Shown: one piece after another, positions 9,623 to 19,162 of the stretch
Numbering within the stretch: position 1 is the first letter of the stretch
How the letters are laid out: each line of letters begins with the position of its first letter
Origin: an uncultured Oscillospiraceae bacterium
Lineage (GTDB): Bacteria; Bacillota; Clostridia; Oscillospirales; Oscillospiraceae
DNA length: 49,034 nt
Direction: 5' to 3'
Assembly (NCBI GenBank): GCA_937915075.1
Contig: CALDMA010000085.1
Location: 1 to 49,034, forward strand
Notes under the pieces: model-generated
Databases searched by the model: none
Told to the model about the DNA's origin: nothing
Seen by the model: the letters and a program-made list of their open reading frames with translations, nothing else
Translations under genes and position numbers: made by a program

Positions 9623-10717
9623 ATGAACGAACAGGAACGACTCAACGCCCTCACCGCACCGCTGCTGACGTGGTACGATATCCACAAGCGCGTCCTGCCG
9701 TGGCGCGGCATCCGCGACCCCTACCGCATCTGGGTGTCGGAGATCATGCTGCAGCAGACGCGCGTGCAGGCGGTGCTGGACTACTATGCCCGCTTCATGG
9801 CGGAGCTGCCCGACGTGTACACGCTCGCGGCGGTGGGCGAGGAACGGCTTTTTAAGCTTTGGGAGGGGCTGGGCTACTACTCCCGCGCGCGGAACCTGCA
9901 CCGCGCGGCGCAGGTGCTCGTAAACGAGTACGGCGGGGAATTTCCCCGCACGCGCAAAGAGCTTCTGCGTCTTCCCGGCGTCGGCGACTATACCGCCAGC
10001 GCCATCGCCTCCATCGCCTTCGGCGAGCCGGAGCCGGCGGTGGACGGCAATCTCCTGCGCGTCGCCGCCCGCGTCGGCGGCATCGCAGAGGACATCATGG
10101 ACGCGGGAGTGCGCAAGAAATTCCGCGCCATGCTCGCCGAAAGCATCGACCGCGAGCGCCCCGGCGAATGGAACCAGGCGATGATGGATCTCGGCGCGAC
10201 GGTGTGTCTGCCGAACGGCGCGCCGCTGTGCGAAAAATGCCCCGCCCGCACCTTCTGCGCGGCATACCAAAACGGCATGACCGATGTGCTCCCCGTGCGC
10301 GCGGCGAAAAAGCCGCGCCGCGTCGAGGAACGGACGGTGTTCCTGCTCGTGCGGGACGGCAGGCTCGCCCTGCGCAAGCGTCCCGCCAAGGGGCTGCTCG
10401 CGGGGCTGTGGGAGCTTCCGAACGTTCTCGGGAATCTCGACGAGGCCGGGGCGGCCATTGCGCTCGCGCAATGGGGGCTGACGGCGCGGACGCTCACGCC
10501 GGTCGGCGCGGCGAAGCATATTTTTTCCCATGTGGAATGGGATATGCACGGCTATCTCGCCGTGGCAGAGGGCGAAACCGACGAATTTCTCTGGGCGGAC
10601 GACGCGGCGCTGCGCAGCGCGGCGATCCCCTCGGCATTCCGATACTACTTCGATACAGCGGTCCGAAAACTCGCCGCACAACAGGGAGGAACCGAAGATG
10701 GCACAGCTTTACTTTAA
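9623..10717 (+). CDS. mutY: A/G-specific adenine glycosylase MutY
   Basis: WVSEIMLQQT, WEGLGYYSRARNL, LPGVGDYTA, VDGN, Fe-S cluster cysteines, C-terminal NUDIX-like domain. Confidence 0.96.
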   Translation: MNEQERLNALTAPLLTWYDIHKRVLPWRGIRDPYRIWVSEIMLQQTRVQAVLDYYARFMAELPDVYTLAAVGEERLFKLWEGLGYYSRARNLHRAAQVLVNEYGGEFPRTRKELLRLPGVGDYTASAIASIAFGEPEPAVDGNLLRVAARVGGIAEDIMDAGVRKKFRAMLAESIDRERPGEWNQAMMDLGATVCLPNGAPLCEKCPARTFCAAYQNGMTDVLPVRAAKKPRRVEERTVFLLVRDGRLALRKRPAKGLLAGLWELPNVLGNLDEAGAAIALAQWGLTARTLTPVGAAKHIFSHVEWDMHGYLAVAEGETDEFLWADDAALRSAAIPSAFRYYFDTAVRKLAAQQGGTEDGTALL

Positions 10718-11291
10718 GTACGGCGCGATGGGCTCGAGCAAGACCGCGAACGCGCTTATGGCGCGCTTCAACTACGAGGAGCGCGGGCAGCAGACGCTGC
10801 TCGTCAAACCGCAGCTCGACACGCGCGACGGTGACCACATGGTCCACTCGCGCATCGGGCTGGAGTTCCCCTGCGTCTACTTCCACGAAATGCGCGAGAT
10901 GAGCGAGGACGAGCTGAAGAAGAACGCCTGCATCATCGTCGACGAGGCGCAGTTCCTCACGCGCGAGGAGGTCATGTACCTCGTCCACCTGGTGGACGAC
11001 TGCGGCATCCCCGTGATGTGTTACGGCCTGCGCGCGGACTTCCGCGGCGAACTGTTCCCCGGCAGCTACGAGCTGCTCGTGATGGCGGACAAGCTCGAGG
11101 AGGTCAAAACGATCTGCTGGTGCGGCAAGAAGGCGGCGTTCAACGCCCGCTTCGACGCGAACGGCAAGGTCCTCAAGGAGGGCGAGCAGGTCGTGCTCGG
11201 CGCAAACGACCAGTATATCGGTCTGTGCCGCCGCCATTGGATGGCGGGCGACCTCGGCCCCGACTTCAACGGACAGGGGACGGGCGACTGA
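10698..11291 (+). CDS. tdk: Thymidine kinase
   Basis: YGAMGSSKT, VDEAQF, YGLRADF, zinc-binding cysteines. Confidence 0.96.
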   Translation: MAQLYFKYGAMGSSKTANALMARFNYEERGQQTLLVKPQLDTRDGDHMVHSRIGLEFPCVYFHEMREMSEDELKKNACIIVDEAQFLTREEVMYLVHLVDDCGIPVMCYGLRADFRGELFPGSYELLVMADKLEEVKTICWCGKKAAFNARFDANGKVLKEGEQVVLGANDQYIGLCRRHWMAGDLGPDFNGQGTGD

Positions 11292-12163
11292 TGCTCTGTG
11301 AGATCTGTCCGCGCCGCTGCGGCGCGGAGCGCACGGAGACGAGCGGCGGGGGAATCTGCGCCATGCCCGCGGGCATCGTGGCGGCAAGGGCCATGCTCCA
11401 CCAATGGGAGGAGCCGGTGCTCAGCGGCACGAACGGCGCGGGCTGCGTCTTTTTCTCCGGCTGCAATCTCGGCTGCGTGTTCTGCCAGAACAGTAAGATC
11501 AGCCACGAAAACTTCGGCAAGGTCATTTCCCCCGCGCGGCTGCGGGAGATCTTCTTCGAGCTCATCGCACAGGGCGCGCACTGCATCGACCTTGTCTCTC
11601 CCACGCACTTTACGCCCTGGGTGCGCGAGGCTCTGGAAGAGCCGCTGCCCGTACCGGTGGTGTGGAACAGCGGCGGCTATGAGCGCGCGGAAACGCTCAG
11701 AACGCTGGAGGGCAAGGTGCAGGTCTATCTGCCCGACCTCAAGTATGCGCTGGAAAAGCCCGCGCTGGAGCTGAGCCGCGCGGCCGATTACTTTCCCGTC
11801 GCCGCCGCAGCCATCGACGAGATGCTGCGGCAGGTGGGACCCTATCGGATCGGAGACGACGGGCTGCTGCGCTCCGGCGTCATCATCCGCCACCTCGTCC
11901 TGCCCGGCCAGCTCGAAAACACCAAGGCGGTCATCGACTATGTATCCACGCACTTCCCGCCGCACACGGTGCTTTTTTCCCTTATGAGCCAGTACACGCC
12001 GCAGCCCGGCGCGAGCGGAGCGCTCGCGCGGCGATTGAATCACGCGGAGTACCGCGCAGCGGTGCGGTACATGACGGACTGCGGCATCACGGACGGCTTC
12101 TGTCAGGAGCTCTCCAGTGCAAAAGAGGAGTATACGCCGATCTTTGATCTGCAAGGAATTTAA
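11291..12163 (+). CDS. PflX-like radical SAM protein (PFL-activating enzyme family)
   Basis: CEICPRRC, FFSGCNLGCVFCQN, YLPDLKY, IRHLVLPG. Confidence 0.85.
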   Translation: MLCEICPRRCGAERTETSGGGICAMPAGIVAARAMLHQWEEPVLSGTNGAGCVFFSGCNLGCVFCQNSKISHENFGKVISPARLREIFFELIAQGAHCIDLVSPTHFTPWVREALEEPLPVPVVWNSGGYERAETLRTLEGKVQVYLPDLKYALEKPALELSRAADYFPVAAAAIDEMLRQVGPYRIGDDGLLRSGVIIRHLVLPGQLENTKAVIDYVSTHFPPHTVLFSLMSQYTPQPGASGALARRLNHAEYRAAVRYMTDCGITDGFCQELSSAKEEYTPIFDLQGI

Positions 12164-12252
12164 GAGGACAGATAAACGACCGCGCAGCTGCAAGCGTGAG
12201 TTTTGATAACGCTCTGCAATATTTATTGAAAAAATTACAGGGAGGATCTGCC

Positions 12253-12732
12253 ATGCCGCGCATCAGCAAGGAAAATTACTACCTCGACATTGCCGAAACA
12301 GTGCTCGAGCGCGCGACCTGCCTGCGGCGGGTCTACGGCGCCATCATCGTCAAAAACGATGAGATCATTTCCACCGGCTACAACGGCGCACCCCGCGGAC
12401 GGAAAAACTGCGTCGATCTCGGCTTCTGCACACGCGAGGAGCTGCAGGTCCCGCGCGGTGAGCGTTACGAGCTCTGCCGCAGCGTCCACGCCGAGGCGAA
12501 CGCCATCATCTCGGCGTCCCGGCGCGACATGGTCGGCGGCACCATCTATCTCGTGGGCCGCGACGCGCGCACGCACGCGCTCCTCGGCGACGCGACGAGC
12601 TGCGCCATGTGCCGCCGCCAGATCATCAATGCGGGACTCGAAAAGGTCGTCATCCGCCGCACGGAGACGGAGTTCGAGGTCGTGCCCGTGCAGCGGTGGA
12701 TCGATGAGGATGACTCGCTTCCCGAGGCATAA
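12253..12732 (+). CDS. dCMP deaminase (ComEB-like)
   Basis: RATCLRR, TGYNG, HAEANAI, CAMC. Confidence 0.9.
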   Translation: MPRISKENYYLDIAETVLERATCLRRVYGAIIVKNDEIISTGYNGAPRGRKNCVDLGFCTREELQVPRGERYELCRSVHAEANAIISASRRDMVGGTIYLVGRDARTHALLGDATSCAMCRRQIINAGLEKVVIRRTETEFEVVPVQRWIDEDDSLPEA

Positions 12733-12733
12733 G

Positions 12734-12767
12734 AAAAGAAGGTCTCTTTTCAAGAGGCCTTCTTTTT
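12734..12767. terminator. Bidirectional terminator
   Basis: aaaagaaggtctctt-ttc-aagaggccttctttt between convergent genes. Confidence 0.8.
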
Positions 12768-12777
12768 AGTTCCGTTT

Positions 12778-13308
12778 TCAGCGGCAGTATTTCTCGATGT
12801 AGGCGTTCTGGCACTTGACGATGATCTTCACGGCCTCGTCGCGGCTGAGCACGTCGCTCACCACGGTCTCCTTGCCCTCAAGGCTCTTATAGACGCGGAA
12901 GAAGTGCCGGATCTCGCTGGCGACGTGGTCGGGCAGCTCGGAAATATCCTGATAAGTATTGTAGGTCGGGTCTTGGAAAGGAATGGCAATGATCTTCTCA
13001 TCGAGCGAGCCGCCGTCCTCCATCGTGATGACGCCGATGGGGTAGCACTCGACGAGGCTCAGCGGACGGATGCACTCCGAGCAGAGCACCAGCACGTCCA
13101 GCGGGTCGCCGTCGTCCGCCCAGGTGCGGGGGATGAAGCCGTAGTTCGCCGGATAGTGGGTGGAGGTATAGAGGATACGGTCGAGGCGCAGGGCGCCGGT
13201 CTCCTTATCCATTTCGTATTTGTTCTTGCTGCCCTTTTCGATCTCGATGACGGCGAGGAAGTCCTCGGGGCGCACGCGGTGGGGCGCGACATCATGCCAA
13301 AGGTTCAT
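12778..13308 (-). CDS. ppa: Family I soluble inorganic pyrophosphatase
   Basis: KYE, YPANYGFIPRT, DGDPLDVLV, DEKII, FFRVYK. Confidence 0.95.
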   Translation of the reverse strand: MNLWHDVAPHRVRPEDFLAVIEIEKGSKNKYEMDKETGALRLDRILYTSTHYPANYGFIPRTWADDGDPLDVLVLCSECIRPLSLVECYPIGVITMEDGGSLDEKIIAIPFQDPTYNTYQDISELPDHVASEIRHFFRVYKSLEGKETVVSDVLSRDEAVKIIVKCQNAYIEKYCR

Positions 13309-13357
13309 AGACAGGCCCTTCTTTCTTTACAAAAATAATAGATATCTTCAATAAAAG

Positions 13358-13386
13358 ATTATAATATGCCTGTGCCGCGATTGCAA
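13358..13386 (-). promoter_or_regulatory. Sigma-A promoter of ppa
   Basis: TTGCAA-17 bp-TATAAT on the minus strand. Confidence 0.8.
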
Positions 13387-13483
13387 GGGCGGGACGCACA
13401 AACTTTGTGTAAAAATCTTCGCGGTTTCCGAAAAATGCAGCAAAACGCCCATCGCGCCGGCACGACAAAATTTTCGCTTCATC

Positions 13484-13512
13484 TTGTCAGGGCGCGCGCT
13501 CCGTGCTATAAT
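13484..13512 (+). promoter_or_regulatory. Sigma-A promoter of the miaB-mutSL cluster
   Basis: TTGTCA-17 bp-TATAAT with TG extension. Confidence 0.85.
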
Positions 13513-13549
13513 TTATTAGTTAAAGTATATCAACCGGGAGGATAGCCCC

Positions 13550-14971
13550 TTGGAACGTGAAAAGGTATTGGTCAGCGCCGAGGAAACGGCGCGGCAGAAG
13601 GAATATATGGATAAGGTGCGCGCGCTGCACGAGCGGCGCACAACGAAGCCGCTGGCCTACGTCCACACCTACGGCTGCCAGCAGAATGTGGCAGACGGCG
13701 AGCGGCTGATGGGAATGCTGCGCGAGATGGGCTGTGACTTCACCGACGATACGAAGCGCGCCGACATCGTGCTGATGAACACCTGCGCCATCCGCGAGAA
13801 CGCGGAGAAAACCGTTTACGGGATGCTCGGTCAGCTCACGCACACCAAGGCGGCAAATCCCGACCAGATCATCTGCCTGTGCGGGTGCATGGCGCAGCAG
13901 CCGCGCGTGGCGGAAAAGGTGAAAAACAGCTACCGCCACGTCGATCTCGTGCTCGGCCCGCAGGCCGAGTGGCGCTTCCCCGAGCTTTTGTATCGCGCCT
14001 ACACCGAGCGCGGCCGCGTCTTTTCCATCGACGACGAGCCGGGCCGCATCGCGGAGGATATCCCCGTCTACCGCGTCGGCGGCGTGAGCGCCTGGGTGAG
14101 CATCATGTACGGCTGCAACAACTTCTGCTCGTACTGCATCGTGCCCTACGTCCGCGGCCGCGAGCGCAGCCGCGAGCCGGCGCAGATCGTGCGCGAGGTG
14201 CGCGAGCTGGTCGCAGCGGGCTATAAGGAGATCACGCTCCTCGGTCAGAACGTCAACAGCTACGGCAAGGATCTCGGCACGGGCTATGATTTTGCCGACC
14301 TCCTCGCGGAGATCGACCGGATCGACGGCGACTACTGGGTGCGCTTTATGTCCAGCCAGCCCAAGGATGCGACGCCCAAGCTCTTCGACACGATGGCGGC
14401 GAGCCGTCATGTGACGCATCAGCTGCACCTGCCCGTCCAAAGCGGCAATGACCGCGTGCTGCGCGCGATGAACCGCCCCTATACCCGCGCGGGCTACCTC
14501 GAGCTGATCAACTATGCCCGCAGGGTCATGCCCGACCTTGTGCTCACGAGCGACATCATCATCGGCTTCCCCGGCGAGACCGAAGCGGAGGCGATGGACA
14601 CCGTGAGCCTGATCAACGAGGTCCATTTCGACGCACTCTTTACGTTTATCTTCTCCCCCCGCCCAGGCACGCCCGCCGCGAAGCTGGACGATCCCACGCC
14701 GCGCGAGGAAAAGCAGAGGTGGTTCGACGCGCTCTGCAATGCCCAGAACGCCATCAGCACGGCAAAGCACGCCGCCTACATCGGCAAGACCGTGCGCGTG
14801 CTGGTCGAGGGCGAGAGCGACGACGCGGACTGGCCGCTCTCCGCGCGCACCGAGGGCAACCGCCTCGTGCGCATGAAGGGCGACAAGAGCCTCATCGGAA
14901 CGTTCGCCACGGCAAAAATTTCGGACAGCAACACCTGGGCGCTCTACGGAGCCGCGGAGGAAACGATATGA
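13550..14971 (+). CDS. miaB: tRNA methylthiotransferase MiaB
   Basis: TYGCQQN, NTCAIRE, GCNNFCSYCIVP, HLPVQSG, TRAM domain; TTG start with GGGAGG RBS. Confidence 0.95.
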   Translation: MEREKVLVSAEETARQKEYMDKVRALHERRTTKPLAYVHTYGCQQNVADGERLMGMLREMGCDFTDDTKRADIVLMNTCAIRENAEKTVYGMLGQLTHTKAANPDQIICLCGCMAQQPRVAEKVKNSYRHVDLVLGPQAEWRFPELLYRAYTERGRVFSIDDEPGRIAEDIPVYRVGGVSAWVSIMYGCNNFCSYCIVPYVRGRERSREPAQIVREVRELVAAGYKEITLLGQNVNSYGKDLGTGYDFADLLAEIDRIDGDYWVRFMSSQPKDATPKLFDTMAASRHVTHQLHLPVQSGNDRVLRAMNRPYTRAGYLELINYARRVMPDLVLTSDIIIGFPGETEAEAMDTVSLINEVHFDALFTFIFSPRPGTPAAKLDDPTPREEKQRWFDALCNAQNAISTAKHAAYIGKTVRVLVEGESDDADWPLSARTEGNRLVRMKGDKSLIGTFATAKISDSNTWALYGAAEETI

Positions 14972-15795
14972 AGATCACCACCTTACTGGAAAACAAGACC
15001 ACCTGCGATGCGCTCCGCTGCGAGCACGGGCTTTCGCTCTACATTGAAACGGAAAAGCATAAAATTCTCTTCGACTCCGGCGCGAGCGACGCCTTCTGGG
15101 AAAACGCCAGGGCGCTTGGCATCGACCTCACGCAGGTCGATATCGCCTTCCTTTCCCACGCGCACAACGACCACTGCGGCGGTCTGCTGACCTTCCTGCG
15201 GGGCAACCGCACCGCAAAGGTCTATCTTCAGAAGGAGGCCTTCGGCGATTACTATGTCGTGACGCCGACGAAATGCGCCTTCATCGGTCTTGACCCCGCG
15301 CTGCGCGAGTATGCCGACCGCTTCGTGATGGCCGAGGGCGTAACGAAGCTCGACGAGGAGCTGACGCTCTTCTCCGGCATCCGGACGCACGAGCTTCTGA
15401 GCGAGGCGAACGCCACGCTGCGCGAAAAGGTCGGTGGGGACTATCCCCGCGATGCCTTCCGCCACGAGCAGGACCTGCTGGTAACGGAGCACGGAAAAAC
15501 CGTTCTCTTCGCCGGCTGCGCCCACAGCGGCATTGTCAACATCATCAACCGCGCGGAGGACATTCTGGGCCGCGCGCCGGACTATGTGTTCGCGGGCTTC
15601 CATCTCTACAACCCTTCGCTCGGTCAGAGCGAGCCGAGAGCCCTTGTGGACGCGGTGGGCGAGCGCCTGCGCGCACGGAAGGCAACGCGCTACGTCACCG
15701 GCCACTGCACCGGCGACGACGCCTACGCCTGGCTGCGCGAAACGCTGGGCAACCGCCTCGCCTACATGGCGACCGGAACGACCTTTACGATCTGA
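14968..15795 (+). CDS. MBL-fold metallo-hydrolase
   Basis: EHGLS, LFDSG, SHAHNDHCGG, GCAHSG, AGFHL, GHCTG. Confidence 0.88.
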   Translation: MKITTLLENKTTCDALRCEHGLSLYIETEKHKILFDSGASDAFWENARALGIDLTQVDIAFLSHAHNDHCGGLLTFLRGNRTAKVYLQKEAFGDYYVVTPTKCAFIGLDPALREYADRFVMAEGVTKLDEELTLFSGIRTHELLSEANATLREKVGGDYPRDAFRHEQDLLVTEHGKTVLFAGCAHSGIVNIINRAEDILGRAPDYVFAGFHLYNPSLGQSEPRALVDAVGERLRARKATRYVTGHCTGDDAYAWLRETLGNRLAYMATGTTFTI

Positions 15796-15819
15796 TTTTT
15801 TAGAAAGCGAGCAACGAAC

Positions 15820-18411
15820 ATGGCTGACCTCACGCCGATGATGCGCCAATATCTTGAGATCAAGGAGCAGAATAAGGATTCCATCCTCTTTTTCCGCCTC
15901 GGCGACTTCTACGAGATGTTCAACGAGGACGCGAAGCTCGCCGCGCGCGAGCTGGACCTCGTTCTCACCACGCGCGACCGCGGCAAGTCCGCCGAGGACC
16001 AGACGCCGATGTGCGGCATCCCGTACCACTCGAGCGACGGCTACATCGCGCGGCTCATCGCCAAGGGCTACAAGGTCGCCATCTGCGAGCAGACCGAGGA
16101 TCCGTCACTCGCCAAGGGCCTCGTCAAGCGCGACATCATCCGCGTCGTCACCCCCGGCACGGTGATCGACAGCGCGTGTCTGGACGACCGGCGCGGCAAC
16201 TTCCTGTGCGGCGTGTTCCTCGACGAGCAGAACGCGGGCACCGCGTTCTGCGATATGTCCACGGGCCACACGCACGTCACCGCCTTTTCCGGCGCGGACC
16301 GCGCGGAGCATCTGTGCAATGAGCTCGCGCGCTTCTCGCCCGCCGAAGCGGTGTTGAGCACGGGTGCGTATGCGGACGAGGAGCTGAAAACGCTGCTTGC
16401 CGACAGGCTCTCCTGCCGCGTGGAGCGCGGCGACGCGCGCTTCGACCTCAAGAGCGCGGAAAAAGCCGTGCTCGCGCAGTACGGCGAGGACGCCTATGCC
16501 TCGCTCCCACGCAATAACCCCGCCGCGGCGCTCGCGCTCGGCGGCCTTCTGAGCTACCTGCACGAAACGCAGAAGAGCGACCTATCCTACATCAGCGATC
16601 TCGAATATTACGAGCAGGGCCGCTTCATGGAGCTGGACCTCTCCGCCCGCCGCAACCTGGAGCTGACGGAGACCATCCGCGGCAAGGAAAAGCGCGGGAG
16701 TCTGCTCTGGGTGCTCGACAAAACAAAAACCGCCATGGGCGCGCGCTGCCTGCGGTCCTGGCTGGAGCGTCCGCTGCGTGAGGTCGCGGCCATCACACGC
16801 CGCTCGAATGCCGTCGGCGCGCTGGTGAACGACACGATGGCGCGCGAGGAGCTGGTCCTCGCCCTCTCCGGCATCAGCGACATGGAGCGTTTGATCGGCC
16901 GCATCGTCTACGGCACGGCGGGCGGGCGTGATCTCATTTCGCTGCGTAATTCCATCGAGCAGCTCACCGCCGTGCGCGCGCAGCTCGCGCACTTCACCAC
17001 GGGCCGGCTCGGCGAGCTTTCGCAGGAGCTCGACCCGCTCACGGACATCGCCGCGCGCATCGCCGAGACCATCGTGGACGAGCCGCCGTTTTCCGTGCGC
17101 GAGGGCGGCTTTATCCGCAAGGGCTTCAATGCCGAGGTCGACCGCCTGCACGACATTCTCTCCGGCGGCAAGGGTCTGCTTGCCTCCATTGAAACGAAGG
17201 AAAAGGAACGTACCGGCATCCGCACGCTGAAGATCGGCTACAACAAGGTCTTCGGCTACTACATCGAGGTATCCAATTCTTTCAAGGATCAGGTGCCCGA
17301 CACCTACATCCGCAAGCAGACGCTCGTCAACGGCGAGCGCTACATCACACAGGAGCTCAAGGACTTAGAGCAGGAGATCCTGACCGCGGGCGAGCGCGAC
17401 AACGCGCTCGAATACGAGCTGTTCTCCGCCCTGCGCGACGAGATCTGCGCGGGCGCCGAGCGCATCCAGAAGACCGCCGCCGCGGTCGCGGAGCTCGACA
17501 CCCTCGCGTCGCTTGCCGTCGTCGCGGTCAAAAACAACTACTGCTGCCCGGTGGTGGACGATTCCGGCGTGATCGAGATCCACGACGGCCGCCACCCGGT
17601 CGTCGAGCGTGTGCTGAAGGATTCCCTCTTTGTGCCGAACGACACCTACATGGGCGAAAAGGAAAACCGCGTCGCCATCATCACAGGCCCCAACATGGCG
17701 GGTAAATCCACCTATATGCGTCAGGTCGCGCTCATCACGCTCATGGCGCAGATCGGCTCGTTCGTTCCCGCCCGCGCCGCCCGCGTCGGCGTGGTGGACC
17801 GCATCTTCACCCGCATCGGCGCAAGCGACGACCTTGCCGGCGGCCAGTCCACCTTCATGGTCGAAATGAGCGAGGTCGCGGAAATTCTGCGGCAGGCGAC
17901 GGCACACTCGCTGCTGATCTTAGACGAGATCGGCCGCGGCACCTCGACCTTCGACGGCATGAGCATCGCCCGCGCGGTGCTCGAGTTCTGCGCCGACCGC
18001 AAAAAGCTCGGCGCGAAAACGCTCTTCGCCACCCACTACCACGAGCTCACCGAGCTGGAGGGCACGCTCGCAGGCGTGAAGAACTACAACATCGCCATCA
18101 AAAAGCGCGGGGAGGACCTTGTGTTCCTCCGCAAGATCATTCCCGGCGGGGCAGACCGCAGCTACGGCATCGAGGTCGCCAAGCTCGCGGGACTGCCGAA
18201 GGAGGTCGTCTCCCGCGCGAAGAAAATACTGGAGGAGCTGGAGGCCGGCGGCAGCTATATGCCGCCGCGCGAGGAGCGCGAGCAGGTGAGTCTGGACGCC
18301 ATCGGCGAAGCCGAGGTGCTTGACGCGCTGCGCCGCGCCCAGCCGGACACCATGTCGCCCATCGAGGCGATGCAGCTGCTCTACGACCTGAAAAAGAAGC
18401 TCCCGAGCTAA
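15820..18411 (+). CDS. mutS: DNA mismatch repair protein MutS
   Basis: TPMMRQY, GDFYEMF, GPNMAGKST, STFMVEM, DEIGRGTST, ATHYHEL. Confidence 0.99.
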   Translation: MADLTPMMRQYLEIKEQNKDSILFFRLGDFYEMFNEDAKLAARELDLVLTTRDRGKSAEDQTPMCGIPYHSSDGYIARLIAKGYKVAICEQTEDPSLAKGLVKRDIIRVVTPGTVIDSACLDDRRGNFLCGVFLDEQNAGTAFCDMSTGHTHVTAFSGADRAEHLCNELARFSPAEAVLSTGAYADEELKTLLADRLSCRVERGDARFDLKSAEKAVLAQYGEDAYASLPRNNPAAALALGGLLSYLHETQKSDLSYISDLEYYEQGRFMELDLSARRNLELTETIRGKEKRGSLLWVLDKTKTAMGARCLRSWLERPLREVAAITRRSNAVGALVNDTMAREELVLALSGISDMERLIGRIVYGTAGGRDLISLRNSIEQLTAVRAQLAHFTTGRLGELSQELDPLTDIAARIAETIVDEPPFSVREGGFIRKGFNAEVDRLHDILSGGKGLLASIETKEKERTGIRTLKIGYNKVFGYYIEVSNSFKDQVPDTYIRKQTLVNGERYITQELKDLEQEILTAGERDNALEYELFSALRDEICAGAERIQKTAAAVAELDTLASLAVVAVKNNYCCPVVDDSGVIEIHDGRHPVVERVLKDSLFVPNDTYMGEKENRVAIITGPNMAGKSTYMRQVALITLMAQIGSFVPARAARVGVVDRIFTRIGASDDLAGGQSTFMVEMSEVAEILRQATAHSLLILDEIGRGTSTFDGMSIARAVLEFCADRKKLGAKTLFATHYHELTELEGTLAGVKNYNIAIKKRGEDLVFLRKIIPGGADRSYGIEVAKLAGLPKEVVSRAKKILEELEAGGSYMPPREEREQVSLDAIGEAEVLDALRRAQPDTMSPIEAMQLLYDLKKKLPS

Positions 18412-18441
18412 CCCCGAAACAGACAGAAAGGGCCCATCCAC

Positions 18442-19152
18442 ATGGCAAAAAAAGCCGCTACCTCCCACATGAACCAGACCGAGCGCGTCGCGGGGACGAT
18501 CTTCTTTGTCGTCTACCTGCTCGTGCTGCCGTTGCTGGCCAACAAGCTCTTTGACATCGTCGAGGTCCTGCTCGACACAAAGATCAGCGACTCGCTGGCG
18601 AACATCATCTACTACTATGTGCTCTTCGCCATCGTGCTGCTGCTTTTCCACTCGTTCCTCGCGCACACGACGAGCCGCTTTCTCGGCGGCGTGAGCCGCG
18701 CGATGACGACGTTCTGCATGGGCCTTCTGGTCTTTTACGGCGCGAACGAGCTCTTCTACCGCGTGGCGAACGTGCTCTTCAACAGCCGCACCAATCTCAA
18801 CGATATGACCATCGCCGCGTCCATCAACGCCGCGCCGCGCCTGACGGCGCTCATCATCGTCTTTCTCGCCCCCTTTGTGGAGGAGGTCCTTTTCCGCGGC
18901 CTCGTGTTCGGCTGCCTGAAGGAAAAGAGCCGCATCGCCGCCTACGTTGTCTCCTGCGTGCTCTTCGCGTTCATGCACGTGTGGACCTTCGCCCTCTCCT
19001 CGTGGGACTGGAGCTATCTCATCCTCATGCTGCAATACCTCGTGCCCGGTCTCGTCTTCGCGTGGGCGTTTGACCACTCCGGCACGCTCTGGACGTCCAT
19101 CCTGCTCCACGCGACCGTCAACGCGCTGGCTCTCTGGGCCATCGTCGGATAA
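18442..19152 (+). CDS. CPBP (Abi/CAAX) intramembrane glutamic/metallo-endopeptidase
   Basis: Multiple TM segments; EEVLFRG, FAFMH, HATVN motifs. Confidence 0.9.
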   Translation: MAKKAATSHMNQTERVAGTIFFVVYLLVLPLLANKLFDIVEVLLDTKISDSLANIIYYYVLFAIVLLLFHSFLAHTTSRFLGGVSRAMTTFCMGLLVFYGANELFYRVANVLFNSRTNLNDMTIAASINAAPRLTALIIVFLAPFVEEVLFRGLVFGCLKEKSRIAAYVVSCVLFAFMHVWTFALSSWDWSYLILMLQYLVPGLVFAWAFDHSGTLWTSILLHATVNALALWAIVG

Positions 19153-19162
19153 GGAGAATACC

